A DNA stretch of 64,000 nucleotides from the human T2T-CHM13v2.0 reference genome, Homo sapiens: assembly GCF_009914755.1 (NCBI RefSeq), contig NC_060926.1; one strand, given 5' to 3'. Positions within the stretch are counted from its first letter, which is position 1. Each line of letters starts with the position of its first letter. Made by a program: the position numbers and the translations under genes. Shown piece by piece: positions 57,605-64,000 of this stretch. Under the pieces are notes generated by a model. It worked only from the letters and a program-made list of their open reading frames with translations, ran no database searches and was not told where the DNA came from.

Positions 57605-57732
57605 CGGTCACCTTTGTCCCGGTGTCCAAGGTGAGCGGGCAGGCAGAGGTGGACGACATCCTCGCGGCAGTCCGCCCGACCACACGCCTCGTGACCATCA
57701 TGCTGGCCAACAATGAGACTGGCATTGTCATG
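57605..57732 (+). CDS. SCLY: SCLY exon 5 ([13 protein letters not shown]...[11 protein letters not shown])
   Basis: ttcccag|CG, ATG|gtgagt; 128 nt, phase 1 to 0; NifS 'NNETG' motif. Confidence 0.97.
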
Positions 57733-57940
57733 GTGAGTCGGCCTTTGTTTCTCTTTAAGGAGAGCTCATGGGGAAGAACAGCAGCTTAGACTCATGGCGT
57801 TTCAGGTTTCCCAGCTCTGGCCTCTCCCGTTTCTCTGTTCACTTTGATAACATTTGGCCTGCGCTCACTACTCCTGATTTCTGTCATTCAGTTTTCATCA
57901 GATCGGAGCAACATACTCAACTGTTTCCTTTCCCCGTCAG

Positions 57941-58105
57941 CCTGTCCCTGAAATCAGTCAGCGCATTAAAGCCCTGAACCAGGAACGGGTGGCAGCTGGG
58001 CTACCTCCCATCCTCGTGCACACGGATGCTGCACAGGCCTTGGGGAAGCAGCGCGTGGATGTGGAGGACCTGGGCGTGGACTTCCTTACAATCGTGGGGC
58101 ACAAG
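57941..58105 (+). CDS. SCLY: SCLY exon 6 (PVPEIS...[10 protein letters not shown]...TIVGHK), ending in PLP-binding K259
   Basis: ccgtcag|CCT, AAG|gtaagt; 165 nt; cumulative CDS 777 nt = residue 259. Confidence 0.97.
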
Positions 58106-59142
58106 GTAAGTCTGCAGAGGCTTCCTGCCTCTGTGGGCAGAGCCTACTGCGCAGGTGGCTGTTTACTCCTCGGTCCGTAAGCCTCACTGCCCACCGTGAG
58201 CCAGGCCTTGGGGGCACTGCGAGGAGCAACGTGGGATCCCTGTCCTCAGGAGCTTTAAGAGGGGAGCCCCACATGGCCAGCATGCCAGGACGAATGCCAT
58301 GGCAGGGATGATGGGGGGGGTGCCCAGCCCACATGGGGCAGGGTGGGGGCGGTAGACCAAGCTAGGGGAGGAGACGTCGAGATCTCAGGGAGAGTAAGGC
58401 AGGGGGTTCGGCCAGGCAGCGAGTGTCTCTGCAGCGGACAGAGCATCTGCAGAGGGTGTGGGGTGGAAGATGTAGGGACAGGAAATCGTTGCTTTCTCTA
58501 ATGTGATTTCAGATGCGGCTCCTCAGCAAAACCTTTGCAGCTATCTTTAAGGTGGGAGTATGGGGAAAATAGTTAACAGTGAAGACCCTTCTGAAAATTT
58601 TGCACATCTTTCTGGCAGCTTACCAGGGCCCGAGATATTTTTAGTACTCAATTTTGAAGCACAGTCCTCAGCTGGTTTCCAAAGGAGTGTCTATGCTGGC
58701 CTGACACTGGCACTCCAGAGTTCTGCATTGTGTCAGTTGGAAACATGGAATCATTTGCAGGAAAAGCCCTGGCCAACCGCTGGTTCCAACCCCTCTCTAT
58801 TTATGCATTCTCTTTCTTTTTTTTTTTTTAAACCTGTGATTCATATGATTTGAGATCCTTTTACAAATTCTATCACATGATGCGCAGGGGAGAGCTGCCT
58901 GCCACAGAGCTGAGCACGAGAGTCTAGCACCTGCGCTGCCTCCTAGGTTGGGGTTCCACCCTGCCCCGAAGGCTTTTGTGACTCTGAGTGTCAAAAGGGG
59001 TGGCACTCAGAGGCGCCACAAGGAAGCAGCAGGACTATGCATTGCAGAGCATTTCTCCTGTGTGCCCCTAAGCACTTAGCATGTATACAGAGTAGGTCCT
59101 TGGAAAGTTCTTGTTGAATAAATGACCAACTTTTCCTTCCAG

Positions 59143-59249
59143 TTTTATGGTCCCAGGATTGGCGCACTTTATATACGAGGACTTGGTGAATTTACCCCTC
59201 TCTACCCTATGCTATTTGGAGGTGGACAAGAACGGAATTTCAGGCCAGG
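59143..59249 (+). CDS. SCLY: SCLY exon 7 ([36 protein letters not shown]); gene continues beyond the window
   Basis: ccttccag|TTT, GG|gtaagg; 107 nt; 'HKFYGP' and 'GGGQE..R.G' NifS motifs. Confidence 0.97.
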
Positions 59250-59699
59250 GTAAGGCAGAAAGTTAACAAAGTCTCTGACCTACTGACCGTGTCATTTGTA
59301 GAGCAGTGACATTGTAAAGAAACATGGCGCTGTTTCTTGGTCTCGTGGAGGCTCTGTAGCATGTCCACACTGCTGCTGTGTCAGAACTGGCTCCACTGAT
59401 TGATTTTACACTGAGGGCTCACAGGACCTGCAGTCTCTTTGGGAATGATTGAAAGCAATGAAGGAAATCTCTGTTTCTTTTAACTGCTCCAATGCATCCA
59501 ATTCCCCTTGTAATTTTGGCCCAGCCCACTGAAGAGAACTGTTGGACCCTTCATGGCTGAGGCCTGCTGCTGTTTTAACTTCGGGGATCAGCAGGACCAC
59601 ACAGAAGCACTGGTCTCCTTTCTGATAGCTCCTGTGTCCCCTCTATGTATAGTGACGTGTTAACTGGGAAATTAGTTGTTGCCCCCACCACACCTTTTG

Positions 59700-63998
<4,299 letters not shown>

Positions 63999-64000
63999 GA

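Overview
Primate, almost certainly human, genomic DNA from a repeat-dense locus that I recognise from its translated exons as the UBE2F/SCLY tandem gene pair (human 2q37.3, from memory). The + strand carries the last five coding exons and 3' UTR of UBE2F (NEDD8-conjugating E2; catalytic Cys codon 1411-1413, stop 17339-17341, AATAAA 18577). About 18 kb of repeat-rich intergenic DNA follows, then a CpG-island promoter and the first seven coding exons of SCLY (selenocysteine lyase; ATG 36958, PLP-lysine K259 at 58103-58105). All exon boundaries are GT-AG and phase-consistent. The rest is about 45 Alus, old L1s, a solo LTR12C, two THE1 LTRs, one unassigned LTR, Tigger2a, MER20, Charlie1, MER85, a young 5'-truncated SVA and a 3'-truncated U6 retrocopy. 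Almost all ORF-track ORFs are repeat or GC artefacts. I found no new multi-gene system. The best leads are a 40-nt hairpin retro-insertion of unknown source with L1 hallmarks, a sense SVA_F-like poly(A) cassette, a MER85 with an intact PGBD3 palindrome, splice-phase arithmetic that allows in-frame UBE2F-SCLY fusions and a stop-free SCLY exon 3-4 circle, a symmetric SCLY promoter, and two template-switch scars. Repeat subfamily calls come from remembered consensus sequences and need RepeatMasker/Dfam confirmation.
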